Shown piece after piece: positions 1 through 12,974 of a DNA stretch of 64,000 bases. Source of the DNA: Octopus vulgaris (Eukaryota); assembly GCA_951406725.2 (NCBI GenBank), contig OX597816.1, positions 14,694,001-14,758,000 of the forward strand, read 5' to 3'. Within the stretch, counting starts at the first letter, position 1. Every line of letters begins with the position of its first letter. The position numbers were made by a program, and so were the translations under genes. The notes under the pieces were generated by a model that worked only from the letters and a program-made list of their open reading frames with translations, was not told the origin of the DNA and did no database searches.

Positions 1-313
1 TATTAACGTAAACATTCTTAGTTTTATGCTATCTTAAATTAACTTCAGCCATATATTTACACGCATTCATACACGCACGCATACACACATACACTCCACA
101 CGTACACACTCATGCGATCGATGCGTGTGTATGTTAATTTCTTTTTATATATATATATAACTGAACCATCATTCCATTAATATATAGTTGTATTTCCAGA
201 ACGAAGAGAATAAAGAAACAAGAATATATTAAAGAGAAAACAAAAATAATGAATATAAGAAGAAAGATATATTTTACAATAACTACAGCTATAATACACA
301 TACACACCCTCAC

Positions 314-341
314 CAAAAGATCTTAACTCCGCGAAAGCCAT
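314..341 (-). CDS. Probable first coding exon (MAFAELRSF+1 nt) of a gene continuing off the left edge
   Basis: Minus strand reads aaaacaATGGCTTTCGCGGAGTTAAGATCTTTTG|gtgagg: good Kozak context, strong donor, no upstream acceptor. Too short to identify. Confidence 0.55.
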
Positions 342-969
342 TGTTTTAAAATCAGAGAGCGTCTTCTTGACAATTCGTCCATTCCAAGACAAACATGTCA
401 GTGTCTTTATTTATTTATTTATATATCTATCTATTTATTTATTTATTCTTTAAACTCGTCCACGTCAAAAACATTGACCTTTCGAAGCTCACACAAAGAA
501 AGGAATGAATCGGGTTACGACTTTCGTTTGAAAGCTCTCTAGAAATTCGTACATACACTGGGAAATAAAAAGCATTTTGGAAAGAAGCCTGCCGAACACA
601 TGTCAGTCTAACCCATCAAACCTACTGAAAAAACATTTCATAAAACGTGCATTATATTATCACATTTTCTTTTTAAAATTACTTTTTTAATTAAATTCTA
701 CAAAATGATTTTAATTCAATGGCTAAAAACAATCAGCTTTTTCGCGTTCGCGTTTGATTGTTGATCATCGATCTTTTTACCATCCCAGGTTAAGATTTTA
801 GAATTATTCCATAGTGATTTGATCACTCTAACTATTATTATCGATACTCTAATCATCCTCACTGTCACACTCTCAATATTATCGCCAATATTATCAACAT
901 TATTTTCGTCAACATCTGTAACATTCTTATCGCATATACACCATACAGAAACGGGACGTTAGCTAGATT

Positions 970-1430
970 GTTGACCAATCTCCTTTCTACGAAATTTATC
1001 CTTCGGGAAGAGGGAAGAGCATATTTAACAGAAAGAATTAACACTAATTGAATTAAGACAATAATAATAATAATTAATAATTAATAATTTAAATATCAGT
1101 AAATAGGAATAGAAGCAAAAAAAATTAATACCGACATTTTTTGTGCAGATCTTTTAAAAACTGCATTATTCTGTATTTTAAGACTATTTTCTATTCATGT
1201 CTGGGATGATGGAAACAGAATAGGACAACCAATCAAGAAGTGAAACCGAGATCTTTCTGTTGGTGTCACATATAACACTACGCGCTCTTTTTGTGCGTGG
1301 TGGGCATGGTATCTTTACAAAATTAACATCGTTAATCTTAGTTTAAGAGATAAGAATGTAAGATTGACATAGAGTTTTTTTTTAATATAATGGAATGGAT
1401 GCAACGACCATTTTTCTTGGGATTGGTCGC
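970..1430. promoter_or_regulatory. Possible promoter region with CCAAT boxes upstream of the 314-341 exon
   Basis: gaccaatc (~973), aaccaatca (~1228) and gattggtc (~1421) in repeat-free, relatively CpG-richer sequence. Motif evidence only. Confidence 0.25.
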
Positions 1431-1851
1431 TCAAACACACACACATATATTTCTTTTTATATATGTGTGTGTATATGCAAATATATATGTATGTATGTAT
1501 GTATGTTTGTGTATTTATGGATAAATATATGGGGTAATGGGTGACTGTATATACGCATGTATGTATGTATGTATGTATGTATGTATGTATGTATGTATAG
1601 AAATCTCGACCAGTGTTGGCAAGTTAGTCTTCGACATATCGTTATCATTTCTATCAATATTTTTTAAACGCTCGCATTATAAATCCGATCTGAAAATTCA
1701 ATATTTATATTTTTTTATTCAATACTATTTATCTATCGATTTTTTACATCCATTATTGTACCATAATTTAAAAGAGATAACAGTCGTAAGCAGACATGGG
1801 AACATGGAGATTATTAGTTTCCGTAAATTATACAAATGCAACCTATATATA

Positions 1852-1912
<61 letters not shown>

Positions 1913-2711
1913 TATACGGCATAATGCAGGATAAAGGAAGGGGAAAGGGGGAAAAGTGAGAGATAGAAAGTAAGAGAATACAGATATAAATTGTGTAAGA
2001 TTATAGAAAACGACTCTCTTTCTCTCATTCTGTGTGTTTTCCTGTTTCATTCTTGAATGAATAAAAATCGAAATGAATAAAAATCGAAATCATACGTGTG
2101 CTAAGGGAAGTAACTCACACGAAATATATCGTCTTCAGTACAATCCAGCCAGATGGTATGCAATATATAGACATAATCAGTCGATCACAATTGATTAACA
2201 ACAATGATAATTTGATTTTAAAATGGATGGAATGCCATTATCGAAATATATTTAAATATTTCAGATAATTTTTTTTGCAGAAAAATCTTAAAACTTTTTT
2301 TAAAAACCAGGAAACAACCATTTTTGTAGAAGTGGTTTTTGTGATGAAAAAATAATTGTTGAAATGGAGAAGTAATCCTTAACATGAAAAAACAAACAAA
2401 AAATAATGATGGTGATAGTAATTAATTATAGTGATTAATTAATGATAGTTTAATTAAATGACAACACGTTACGACGACTGGCAATGAAATTATTCGTTTT
2501 TGTAGATTCTGAAGAAATACGTAAAAAAAAATAATAATAAAATTAATAACTCAATGATAAGAACACGATTTCAATATATACATACATACATACATACATA
2601 CGTCACGCTAATGATGGAGAGAAATATCTCCAGCCTCGAACGATGAAATAGAAGAAAACTCTCTGTTATGTATTGAGGACGTTTTCTCTCGTTTATACAC
2701 CCATTCATATG

Positions 2712-2816
<105 letters not shown>

Positions 2817-3951
2817 AGACTTCGGTGTGGAAAGTCAACCAACAGATGATGATTTTTTTTCTCCAGAATGAGGAAATAAAATGAATTTACATTTTTGGAA
2901 GTCTTCAGCGCATAACGACGACGACTACAACAATAACAACAACAACAGCAACGATATCAAAATTTAATTTAATTTAAAGAAAAGAAAAGAAAAGACTAGA
3001 AAAAACAGAAAGATAGAAAAGAGAACTCAAAAGACAAAAAGAATTTGAAAAAAATAGACAAACAAACCAAAAAAATCAGAAGTCTGTATTTGCATATATC
3101 CTAATTGAAATTACTAACTTCGAACATTATGAAGTAATAGTAGATATTTTCCCTAGATGTATGCATTTATTTATTAATTAATTTATTTATTTAAATATTT
3201 ATTTATTTATATGTGTATTTTTTTTTTTATTGAATTGGTTGAGTGTGCTTTGTTCACTTGCAGTGACACTTCTTGTCTGAATCGCTTTTAAAACTTCAAA
3301 ATAATAATAATAACAATAATAATTATAATAATTATAATGATAATAATAATGATGATGATGAAAATAATAAAACAGTTAATTTAACAAAAAAAAATTAAGA
3401 GATTAATAATGGCATTTTCTTGTCATTGATGAGAGATGACATTCAACTGTTTCTTTGGAGAAAAAATTAATTACAACAACAACATCAACAACAATTACAA
3501 CAATAATGATATTAACAACAATACGCAAAATCGTTTGTGTGTGTGTGTATGTGTGTGTATTACACACGGAAACACGCACAAACAGTTCGTATGATATATA
3601 AAGAACTTTATATGTCTTGGTGGTGTTTCAGACTACTGCTGTTAATTTTGATGAAGAAGATGATGATGATAACTATGATGATCTTGGTATTGTTTCTTTC
3701 TTTTTTATGTATTTATTTAATTATTTATTTGTCTATGTATTTATTTATTTATTGATATATTTATTGTATTTATTTAAATAAACAGAAGGGAAACAAACAA
3801 AAGAAATGGCAATGATAAAATGTGTTTTGTTTTTGATGGATCGAGTAAAGAGCAAAACAGAGTTTATGAGTTCAGTTCTATATTTAAGAGATGAGGAATT
3901 TTGTACATTGTTTACATTTGACGGATATTTGTCCTCATCTTGTTTGTTGTT

Positions 3952-3997
3952 AACACAACGTTTCGGCTGATATACCCTCCAGCCTTCTTCGGGTGTC
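3952..3997 (-). ncRNA. Minimal type I hammerhead ribozyme motif (left arm, U4 to C)
   Basis: Minus strand: GACAC CCGAAGA A GGCTG gagggtatat CAGCC GAAAC GTT GTGTT; stems I and II pair; palindromic ACGT stem III. Confidence 0.6.
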
Positions 3998-4198
3998 TTG
4001 GGGAAATTCCGAACCTGGGTTCTCATTCCTAAGGTATTTTTCGATGTTATTATTATTATTATTATTATTGTTCAGGTTACTGCTTGGAATCGAACTTAAC
4101 CACTACACCATATGCCCACGGGCATATGGCGTACTGGTTAAAAGCGCGGACTACTAACCTCAAGATTCCGAGTTCGATACCAAGCAGTGACCTGAACG

Positions 4199-4255
<57 letters not shown>

Positions 4256-4371
4256 GTAATAATAATAAAAATAATAATAGTAATAATAATAATAATAACA
4301 ACAACAACAACAGTAATAATAACATCGAAAAATACCTTAGGAATGAGAACCCAGGTTCGAGATTTCTCCAA

Positions 4372-4417
4372 AACACCTGAAGAAGGCTGGAGGGTATATC
4401 AGCCGAAATGTTGTGTT
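4372..4417 (+). ncRNA. Minimal type I hammerhead ribozyme motif (right arm)
   Basis: AACAC CTGAAGA A GGCTG gagggtatat CAGCC GAAAT GTT GTGTT; CUGANGA and GAAA boxes intact, 5-bp stems I and II. Confidence 0.65.
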
Positions 4418-4800
4418 AACAACAAATAAGATGAGGACAAATATCCGTCGAATGTAAATAGAGTTTATGAGCTTCTCGCCATTGCATATTCAGTCACATC
4501 TGTGACCTGCATTTTATACCTGGTTTCATGTGACTATTTTCACTTCGTTTACATCGTAAATATCTTTCGTAAAAGCTTAAACGCCAAGCAGCTCTGTTTT
4601 CGTTTCATTTTCCTTTTTAGATTGTCCTCTCAAATAATTTGATATCAGTTTTAATTATCCAATCAAATTGCATCAAATTAAATTAAATTAAATCAACGAG
4701 CATCATTAATTTAGCTGTCCATTGAACCCGATAATAACTAGCTTCATGTGGGAATATTTTCATGACCTTAGACTGTACACTCCAAATCTTTGATGCGTCC

Positions 4801-5154
4801 CAACGGTTCTCAACCGGGGTCCATGTGGAGTCTGGAGGTTCATATAAGATTTTGGGGACGTCCACGCTATAAAAATAGTAAACTGGGAATTCACAGTAGT
4901 GTTTTAGTGCTCCTTGAAAAATTTTGATCTTGTATTTATTGCAAGAAACAAACATGCTTCTTTCTCTGGCGTTTTACGCAGTTCAACCTAAACAAGTGAA
5001 TGAGTGAATAATTAAATAGCAATTTTGAAAGAAATATCTACAAAAACTAGTTTTCAAACATTGAAATGGCAACTGAGCACCCACCAGAATAAAATATTAA
5101 TCAACAAAGAGTCAAAGGGGTCCAGAGATAAAAAGCAATTGTTGAGAATCACTG
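4801..5154. mobile_element. hAT (Charlie/MER5-like) MITE
   Basis: Termini caacggttctcaac / gttgagaatcactg; homologous copy at 39185-39814. Confidence 0.65.
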
Positions 5155-5193
5155 CTCTATATCATCGGCATGACTCTGCGTACATTATATATA

Positions 5194-5254
<61 letters not shown>

Positions 5255-5304
5255 CAAAATATATAGTTATATCTTGAGATTGCTAGTAATGACAATAATA
5301 AAAT

Positions 5305-5561
5305 AAAAATAAATGTGCCCTTTTAAGCCTAGCCAGGCTCATGGGCCCAGTTTCCCGGTTTCAATGGCGTATGTGTTTCCCAGCTTGATGGGACGCTAGT
5401 CCATCGCAGTGTTACTCATTTTTGCCAGCTGAGTGGACTGGGGCAACGTGAAATGAAGTGTTTTGCTCAAGAACACAACGCATCGCCCGGTCCAGGAATA
5501 GAAAACCACAATCTTACGATCTTGACTCTGACACCTTAACGACTAAGCCACGCGCCTCCAC
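5305..5561 (-). mobile_element. tRNA-derived SINE, family E (tail type 1)
   Basis: Minus-strand head gtggaggcgcgtggcttagtcgttaagg, body gtgttcttgagcaaaacac...ccagtccactcagctg, then gcgatggactagcgtcccatc. Confidence 0.7.
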
Positions 5562-6106
5562 AGTAATAACGATACTCAAAATATAATACAGACTAGAGTT
5601 GTAGTGCTCCAAATGAGCTATATTCCACTTCCTTATTTGAGCAGAGGCAATACGAGCAATAACTAAAGGAACATTACTAAGATCCACACTCAAAGATCAA
5701 ATACATACATATATTCATATATTCATTTATATCTACAGAACGGATATAAAATTCGACATATATAAATATAATAATATATATAAATAGAGGAAAATAATAT
5801 AATATGTATAAATATATAAGAATCAGTGTTACATACAAAATACAGTGGATTTACGCTTAATGTTATAAAACATTGGTATAATAAAAATTTAGGATGATAA
5901 AACATAAAAAGGACATATCAAAATGACATATTAAAATTCCAGAAAAAATACAGAAAAAAACAAAATTACAACAATTACAAATTTTTCATCTACGGGCCAA
6001 TTAATATGATACGGGTCAATTAATATGATACATTTCATATATTCGAAACTGACACTCCCCTCATCAGGATGTATTTTACACACAATACACAGTACATAGA
6101 AACAAA

Positions 6107-6119
6107 TGTGTGTGTGTGT

Positions 6120-6173
<54 letters not shown>

Positions 6174-6387
6174 ATCTGTGTTTGTCCCCCCCAACATCGC
6201 TTGACAACCATTGCTGGTGTGTTTACGTCCCCGTAACTTAGTAGTTCGGGAAAATAGACCGATAGTATAAGTTCTAGGCTTACAAAGAATAAGTCCTGGG
6301 GTCGATTTTCTCGACTAAAAGTGGTGCTCCAGCATGGCAGCAGTCAAATGACTGAAACAAGTAAAAGAGTAAAGAGTAAAGAGTAAA
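6107..6387 (+). mobile_element. SINE family A, 3' half
   Basis: (GT)n followed by family body ending cagcatggcagcagtcaaatgactgaaacaagtaaaagagtaaagagt. Confidence 0.8.
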
Positions 6388-6731
6388 CAGAAGATACATT
6401 TGACAATTTAGTCTTACTATTCAATCATACGTACCAGTCATTATCCGATCGCCTTTGATGACAGATACAACGGATCAGAACTGATTTGGGGCTAAGCAGC
6501 AATATATATGATCCCTTATTCAGAAATCTACCAGTTTACCAATGTATACCAGAATCTCCCAAATCTAGACACCAATATCTAAGCACTCTCCAAGCCTAAT
6601 TAGGTTGCCTACGAAGAAAATCAAACAAAAGCAAATTAAGCCGATGCCCACAGACTAGAATCTACAAATACTTTGCACTTTACGATATATGTATATTTAA
6701 TTTTATTTGGAACACTATATATTACTAACAT

Positions 6732-7031
6732 GTGGAGGCGCAATGGCCTAGTGGTTAGGGCAGCGGACTCGCGGTCGTAGGATCGCGGTTTCGATTCCCA
6801 GACCGAGTGTTTATTGAGCGAAAACACCTAAAAGCTCCACGAGGCTCCGGCAGGGGGTGGTGATCCCTGCTGTACTCTTCCGCCACAACTTTCTCTCACT
6901 CTTTCTTCTGTTGACCTGCTCGCTTAGCCAGCGGGGTGGGGTCATTTGAAGGCTAAAACAATGCGAAGCGCATTGTGACCAGCGATGTGTAACAACATTT
7001 GATAGCCTGGTCGGTCACGGTGATCACGGTG
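6732..7031 (+). mobile_element. tRNA-derived SINE, family D (tail type 1), full length
   Basis: A box tggcctagtgg, B-box-like gtttcgattccc; TSD atattactaacat at 6719-6731 and 7032-7044. Confidence 0.85.
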
Positions 7032-7292
7032 ATATTACTAACATAGTTTTTGTAAATTTTCGTATATATATTTTTTTTTAATTTTTTATTCCTTACTTTA
7101 TTCGTGCTACTTTTATTTCTGTAACTTTTTATTTTTATTTGAATTTTTATCTGAATTATGGCTTGTACTGTAGAGTCCTGCGAGACTAATTTAAACATAC
7201 CTAATATAAACATACCTATTTTACACATACTTAAGGGTTTAAAAAAATTAAAATATAGTTTATTGTATCGAACGTTGATAAAGTTATATAAG

Positions 7293-7387
7293 GGCCTGAT
7301 GATTGGGGTGGCAACTTGAGAGGGGTTCCAGGGAAACAAGGTGTGGTTTAGGAACCCGAGGATGTACCTCATGAAACACCTGTTGCC
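7293..7387 (+). ncRNA. Hammerhead ribozyme motif with extended stem II
   Basis: GGC CTGATGA T TGGGGT...GGGTTCC...GGAACCC...ACCTCA T GAAAC ACCT GTT GCC. Confidence 0.55.
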
Positions 7388-7546
7388 AAGTAATTATACA
7401 GTAGGTATTTAAAATAAAAATAAGAATTCTTTTTTATTTGATGATATATAGGGGCCTACTATCTCTAAATTAAAATATATTTCGTCATTGAGAATAATTT
7501 GAACCCCTGTTGTACCGGAATTTTTATTCCCTAAAAAATAATATTT

Positions 7547-7613
<67 letters not shown>

Positions 7614-7733
7614 ATATATATGTATATATACATCTATATATATATACATCTATATATATATGTATATGTATATGTATATGTATATATATATATACATATA
7701 CATATATGTATATGTATATATATATACATATAC

Positions 7734-7826
<93 letters not shown>

Positions 7827-7829
<3 letters not shown>

Positions 7830-8085
7830 GAGGCACATGGCCTAGTAGTTAGAGCAGCGGACTCGCGGTTGAGGGATCGTGGGTTCGAATCTCAGACTGG
7901 GGGATGTGTATGTTTATGAGTGAGCCACGCGACTCCAGCAGAAGGTAATGGCAAAGTTCTGCTGACTCTTCGCCACAACTTTCTCTCACTCTTTTCTCCT
8001 GCATCTTGCAGCTCACCTGCGACAGACCGGCGTTCCGTCCAGGTGGGGAACCTATACGCCAAGGAAAACGGGAAACCGGCCCTAT
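7827..8085 (+). mobile_element. SINE family D (tail type 2)
   Basis: Same head as 6732 with B box ggttcgaatctc; matches 19514-19811 and 63802-64000. Confidence 0.8.
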
Positions 8086-8347
8086 GCATAGGTGCATTCC
8101 TATTATCAGCTGCCCAAATGGATAGTATCATTCATTTCGGTGATGTCCACAACGTTAAAAATATCAACACCTAACATTTTCATCTACATTGTTAAATTAT
8201 ATTTTAAATCCATTAATCTTACGTTTAGTTGCTTTACAAAACCTACCACAATGATATTCCTTCTCCAGCATAAAGATTTACAATGAATTATTCCAATTTA
8301 AACCAATTTTAAGGTTTCAGAAATCACGGCATCAAATTCATATTTTA

Positions 8348-8904
8348 TTGAGTTGTCCGGAAGTTCATGCCGATTTACCTTTTTCGACTTATTTTAGAAC
8401 ATGGATGAGTCCATAAAATAGGATTTGACTACACCTCCATTTAGAGCACAGTTTAAGCTATCTTTTCGTGGAAGAAGGTTTATGTTCCTATAACCTGTGT
8501 TAATTCTGTAACCCTTTAAAATGGAAGATAAGAAAATTCGTTTTCGGCACTTGATGATTTGGGAACCAGACAAAAATTGCTGCAGCTCGGCTGGGATCTG
8601 CTACCCCACGCTCTATATTCACCAGATATTGCTCCTTCGGATTTCCACTTATTCAGGTCTCTGCAAAATAGTCTTAATGGTAAAAATTTCAATTCCTTGG
8701 ATAACGTAAAAAGATACCTTGATGAATTCTTTGCCATGAAACCACTTCAATTCTAGGAAGCGGGCATTTTCAAGTTAAAGGGAAGACGGCGACGCATTGT
8801 GCAACAAAATGGTTCATATTCGGTTGATTAAAAATGTAATGGCAAGTATTTATTGACCTTTTTTTTTCCTTTAAAAATCGGCACGAACTTTCCGGACAAC
8901 CCAA
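8348..8904 (+). mobile_element. Internally deleted mariner transposon (mellifera-like)
   Basis: ~29-bp TIRs ttgagttgtccggaagttcatgccgattt / aaatcggcacgaactttccggacaacccaa; N-terminal MEDKKIRFRHL joined to C-terminal GWDLLPHALYSPDIAPSDFHLFRSLQN. Confidence 0.9.
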
Positions 8905-9398
8905 CAATATTTTTCTAAGCACCAGATGCTATATGCGCGCGATGTTCATGCATAGATAATCACCTGTCAGTCTTGGTTTGCACATGATGAAATAAATTAT
9001 GATACTGAAAATATGAAGATAAATGTGACTGAGAGATGTTCGTAGAAAGTCTATAGGTACATCAACATTACATGTTTTCATCTAATTTTAGCCCCTCACA
9101 CTCGACACACAAACAGCAAGTAGTCTGCTACTGAAGTTTCATTAATCATTCACTCGATATATTTCAGACTTCTTGTTCCTCCTCAGTTTCTTTTCTTTTT
9201 CTTTTTTTAGTTCTAATATCGAGTTTTGGAGAAGCGAAAAAAAAAAAGAAGAAATCGAGACGGTTTATATGCGTCAGTTTTCCTTTTAACCGCACCCAAA
9301 CTAAAAAAGAAAACATCGAAAAATGAAAGCAAAACTTTATTTTTATAATTAACTTCTTTTTACGACATTAATTTGTTTCCTGTTTAGGTGATAGTATA

Positions 9399-9622
9399 GG
9401 CGGCGAGCTGGCAGAAACGTTAGCACGACGGGCGAAATGCGTAGCCGTATTTCGTCTGCCGTTACGTTCTGAGTTCAAATACCGCCGAGGCCAATTTCCC
9501 TTTCATCCTTTCGGGGTCGATAAATTAAGTACCAGCACTGGGGTCGATGTAATCGATTTAATCTCTTTGTCTGTCCCTGTTTGTCCCCTCTATGTTTAGC
9601 CCATTGTGGGCAATAAAGAAAT
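9399..9622 (+). mobile_element. SINE family B
   Basis: Head ggcggcgagctggcagaaacg, B box gagttcaaat, core cctttcatcctttcggggtcgataaattaagtaccag, tail aaagaaata. Confidence 0.85.
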
Positions 9623-9824
9623 ACGAAATGGAAACAAAACTGAAGGAAGACGTCAGCTCTTCAGGTGACTTATAGATTCGTGGGTGTGTATGATGCATCC
9701 ATTTTATAAGATTCTAGGAATATAGTGAGAGTTTTAAAAGAAATTAGCTGTTTGGCCACTGTTGGTCAGTTCAGATCATGTACTATTGTCGCAATGAAAG
9801 CGGCACCAGCTGTTTTCTTATTCT

Positions 9825-10310
9825 TAGCAGGGCTCTTTGGTACAATGCAGTGGCGTCCAGTTCGGTGATTGGTATAGACTTCAATCTCAAAGTTGGGAGC
9901 TAGACCTTCCAAGGTCATCCATATGTATATTACTACATATTTTCGTCTCTTCTTCCTCCCCACCCGATGTTGCGTGTTTGTGAGCAAGATATTTTTTCTA
10001 ATGTAATCAGCCTCCTTCTAAGAATGTGTTCCATGATTTTGGTAACATGCGAGGTTGAAAGGTCACAGAGAGAGACCTATAGTGTTTTAACATCTGCTCT
10101 GCTTCCTCGTGCATGGATAGGGCATATCATGCCTTCTTTTAGCATTTTTTGGGGTGGCGTGCAAAGAAACTCTTAAAGAGTGCATGCAGACGTTTTGCGA
10201 GAGCTGTCCAGCATTTCTTGAAAGGAACAGCCGGAAATCTATCTGGGCCTGTGAATGACTTCGAGTTCATCTCTTCAATGGCCGACATTACATCATCTTT
10301 CTTTATGGTG
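9825..10310 (-). mobile_element. Decayed CR1-like LINE ORF2 fragments
   Basis: Minus frames give DVMSAIEEMNSKSFTGPDRFPAV...SHVTKIMEHILRRRL...LLTNTQH joined to YVVIYIWMTLEGLAPNF...NHRTGRHCIVP. Confidence 0.7.
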
Positions 10311-10938
10311 ATGTAATCTACGGCCGCCTCTTTCTCGTGTAGATCTGTCCCCGTACCTTAGCGGTTCGGCCAAAGCGACTGATAGAATTAATACTAGGCT
10401 GCTCCAGCACGGCCGCAGTCAAATTACAGAAACAAATAAAAGAAACAAAAGGAAATATACATATATATATATGGAATCTCTCTAATGTCTTTATAGTCAA
10501 TAAAAATAAAAAATTTTTAGGGAAGAAATTCAGTTTCATTTTCTTCTTCTTCATATAATTAGGTGTTTTTCTTTCTTTTCTTTAACTTTTACTTCATCAA
10601 CAGAAGCTATCCAAGACAGTAACAACAAACATTACAACAAACATTCGTGAGGTTGAAAGACTGGGATTGTTTTCCGCCTTCACAAGCTTCGCCTGACATT
10701 TTAGTCAGACCAGATAACGAAGAAGTCAGCGACTTTGTAGCTAGCGTCCTAACTCCTCCAAACGTCTCAAATGCCAAAGGGGAGAACAAAAAAAAAAAAA
10801 AAAAATCGTAAATTGCTGATCTTCTACAAAGCTTAATTGTTGCGTACAAACATTCTAACTTGTTTTCTTTTTCAAAAGGTCATCCGGCTTATTGTTAAAA
10901 AAATCAACCCCATCATTGCGCACTGATAACTTTTACCT

Positions 10939-11001
<63 letters not shown>

Positions 11002-11777
11002 TACGATGTCACTTCCTCTTCAGAAGGTATATACCAGTCTCACGCTTTCGCCACCATCTTCTTCATCCATTTTAACTTTCGTTTCCCAAACACCAAGCGA
11101 GAGAAATTGTTTCTAATCTTTCTTCCACATAAATTCTTATTTCTTTACTACCCACAAGGGGCTACACACAGACGGGACAAACAAGGACAGACAAACGGAT
11201 TAAGTCGATTACATCGACCCCAGTGCGTAACTGGTACTTAATTTATCGACCCCGAAAGGATGAAAGGGTAAGTCGATAAAAGGTCTCAAAGTAAACAGCA
11301 CAAATGTTATTTTAGTTTGCAGGAAAAAATGTCACGTTTCTGCTACTATCCAGGAGGTGGCTTTACTTAGAATAGTGGAACAGGATTTGGTAGGAATTCT
11401 GCAGCTTTTATTATCATAGACAGGGAGCAGTAAATATATTCCTTTCTACTCTAGGCACAAGGACCGACATTTTGGGGGAGGTGACCAGTCGATTAGATCG
11501 ACTCCAGTGCGCAACTGGTACTTAATTTATCGACCCTGGAATGATGAAAGGGAAAGTCGACCTCGGCTGAATTTGAATCGGCCTCGGCGGAATTTGGGAG
11601 CAATAAATATATTAACAGTTGATGTAAGGGGCACAATAAATCAGGACTAAATTTTTATTGTTTTTCTTTTAATGAAATTGTACAAATAGCAATAAATTTA
11701 ATCTATATCATGATTAATAACAGTGCTTTGAAAAAGAGACGTTTAACAGGGGTTGTATTTTTTATATGTATATATAT

Positions 11778-12196
11778 TCTTATTTCTTTATTGCCCACAA
11801 GGGGCTAAACATAGAGGGGGACAAACAAGGACAAACAAAGGGATTAAGTTGATTACATAGACCCCAGTGCGTAACTGCTACTTAATTTATCGACCCCGAA
11901 AGGATGAAAGGCAAAGTCGACCTCGGCGGAATTTGAACTCAGAACGTAGCGGCAGACGAAATACCTATTTCTTTACTACCTACAAGGGGCAAAACACAGA
12001 GAGGACAAACAAGGACAGACAAACGGATTAAGTCGATTACATCGACCCCAGTGCGTAACTGGTACTTATTTAATCGATCCCGAAAGGATGAAAGGCAAAG
12101 TCGACCTCGGCGGAATTTGAACTCAGAACGTAACGGCAGACGAAATACCGCAAGGCATTTCGCCCGGCGTGCTAACGGTTCTGCCAGCTCGCCGTC
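11778..12196 (-). mobile_element. SINE family B head-to-tail dimer
   Basis: Two body copies joined at gaaatacctatttc (~11959-11972). Confidence 0.85.
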
Positions 12197-12974
12197 TTTG
12201 TATGCATATATATATATGTTACCTTGTGAGATATGCTTGGATACGACTATAATAGTATTGCTAAAAGTATGTTGTGCAGAATCTATGTTGGTTGTTGTGA
12301 TGATGAATTTTGGAAACTTTAATTCTGTTTCTTACTGGAAGTCTTTCAACTGGGCTCTTTTTTGTTTTGTTTTGTTTTGAAGATCATATAATCCACTTTT
12401 ATCATTGGTATAGGTATCCTGATAATTGACGAGTGGTCTGAAGATATCGGGTGGGGCAGCTGCTTGTGATGTTGTTGTAGCAGTTAAATGCATGGTGCAG
12501 CAGCTGATATTAAGTGTTGTTGGCTTGATGAGGTATTTATTGTTTAGGATGTAAAGGGTGTTTAGTAGTAACAATATTGCCAGTTCTTCTGCTATCGGTG
12601 TTATTTGAAAACCAGGGCGTGTTCGGTGAAATGTAATCTTCCACAAGGATAATGTTAAAGTGTTACTTTTGGACTGCATATCCTGGTAAAAACGCTGGTG
12701 AGGTTGGTAGTCATGTGTGTGTGTGTGTGTTTGTGTTTGTTTGTGTGTGTGTATGTATGTGTGTGTGTGTGTATGTATGTGTGTGTGTGTGTGTGTGTGT
12801 TCGCGCACGTTGCGAATCAAGATGTTGATTAAAATAATGTTTGGAGTATCAGTGGTACACTTCTCACAAAAGCTGAGAAAAAAAATGGTATTGAAATGTT
12901 ACTGAGGTTTCTGCATGAAGAAGAACATGAAAATAGGAGAGAGAGAGAGAGAAAGAGAGAGACGAGGGACAACT

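Larger units (their letters stand above)
3871..4459. mobile_element. Palindromic (head-to-head) tRNA-headed, hammerhead-bearing Penelope-like non-autonomous element
   Basis: Inverted arms centred at 4118/4119; TSD agagtttatgag at 3859-3870 and 4460-4471; each arm is A/B-box head, (AAT)n, hammerhead motif. The left head is partly deleted. Confidence 0.8.

Noticed and set aside
4120-4192. tRNA gene (also the heads at 6732, 7827, 43888)
   Set aside because: No proper acceptor stem, and each continues into a multi-copy repeat body; these are SINE-type heads.
6025-6076. Minus-strand CTGATGA GGGG..TTTC GAAT hammerhead-like motif
   Set aside because: GAAA box and cleavage triplet are broken and stem II is mostly G-U.
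12380-12700. Coding-like stretch within ORF 12332-12820
   Set aside because: No recognisable domain or splice signals; possibly a very old LINE fragment.
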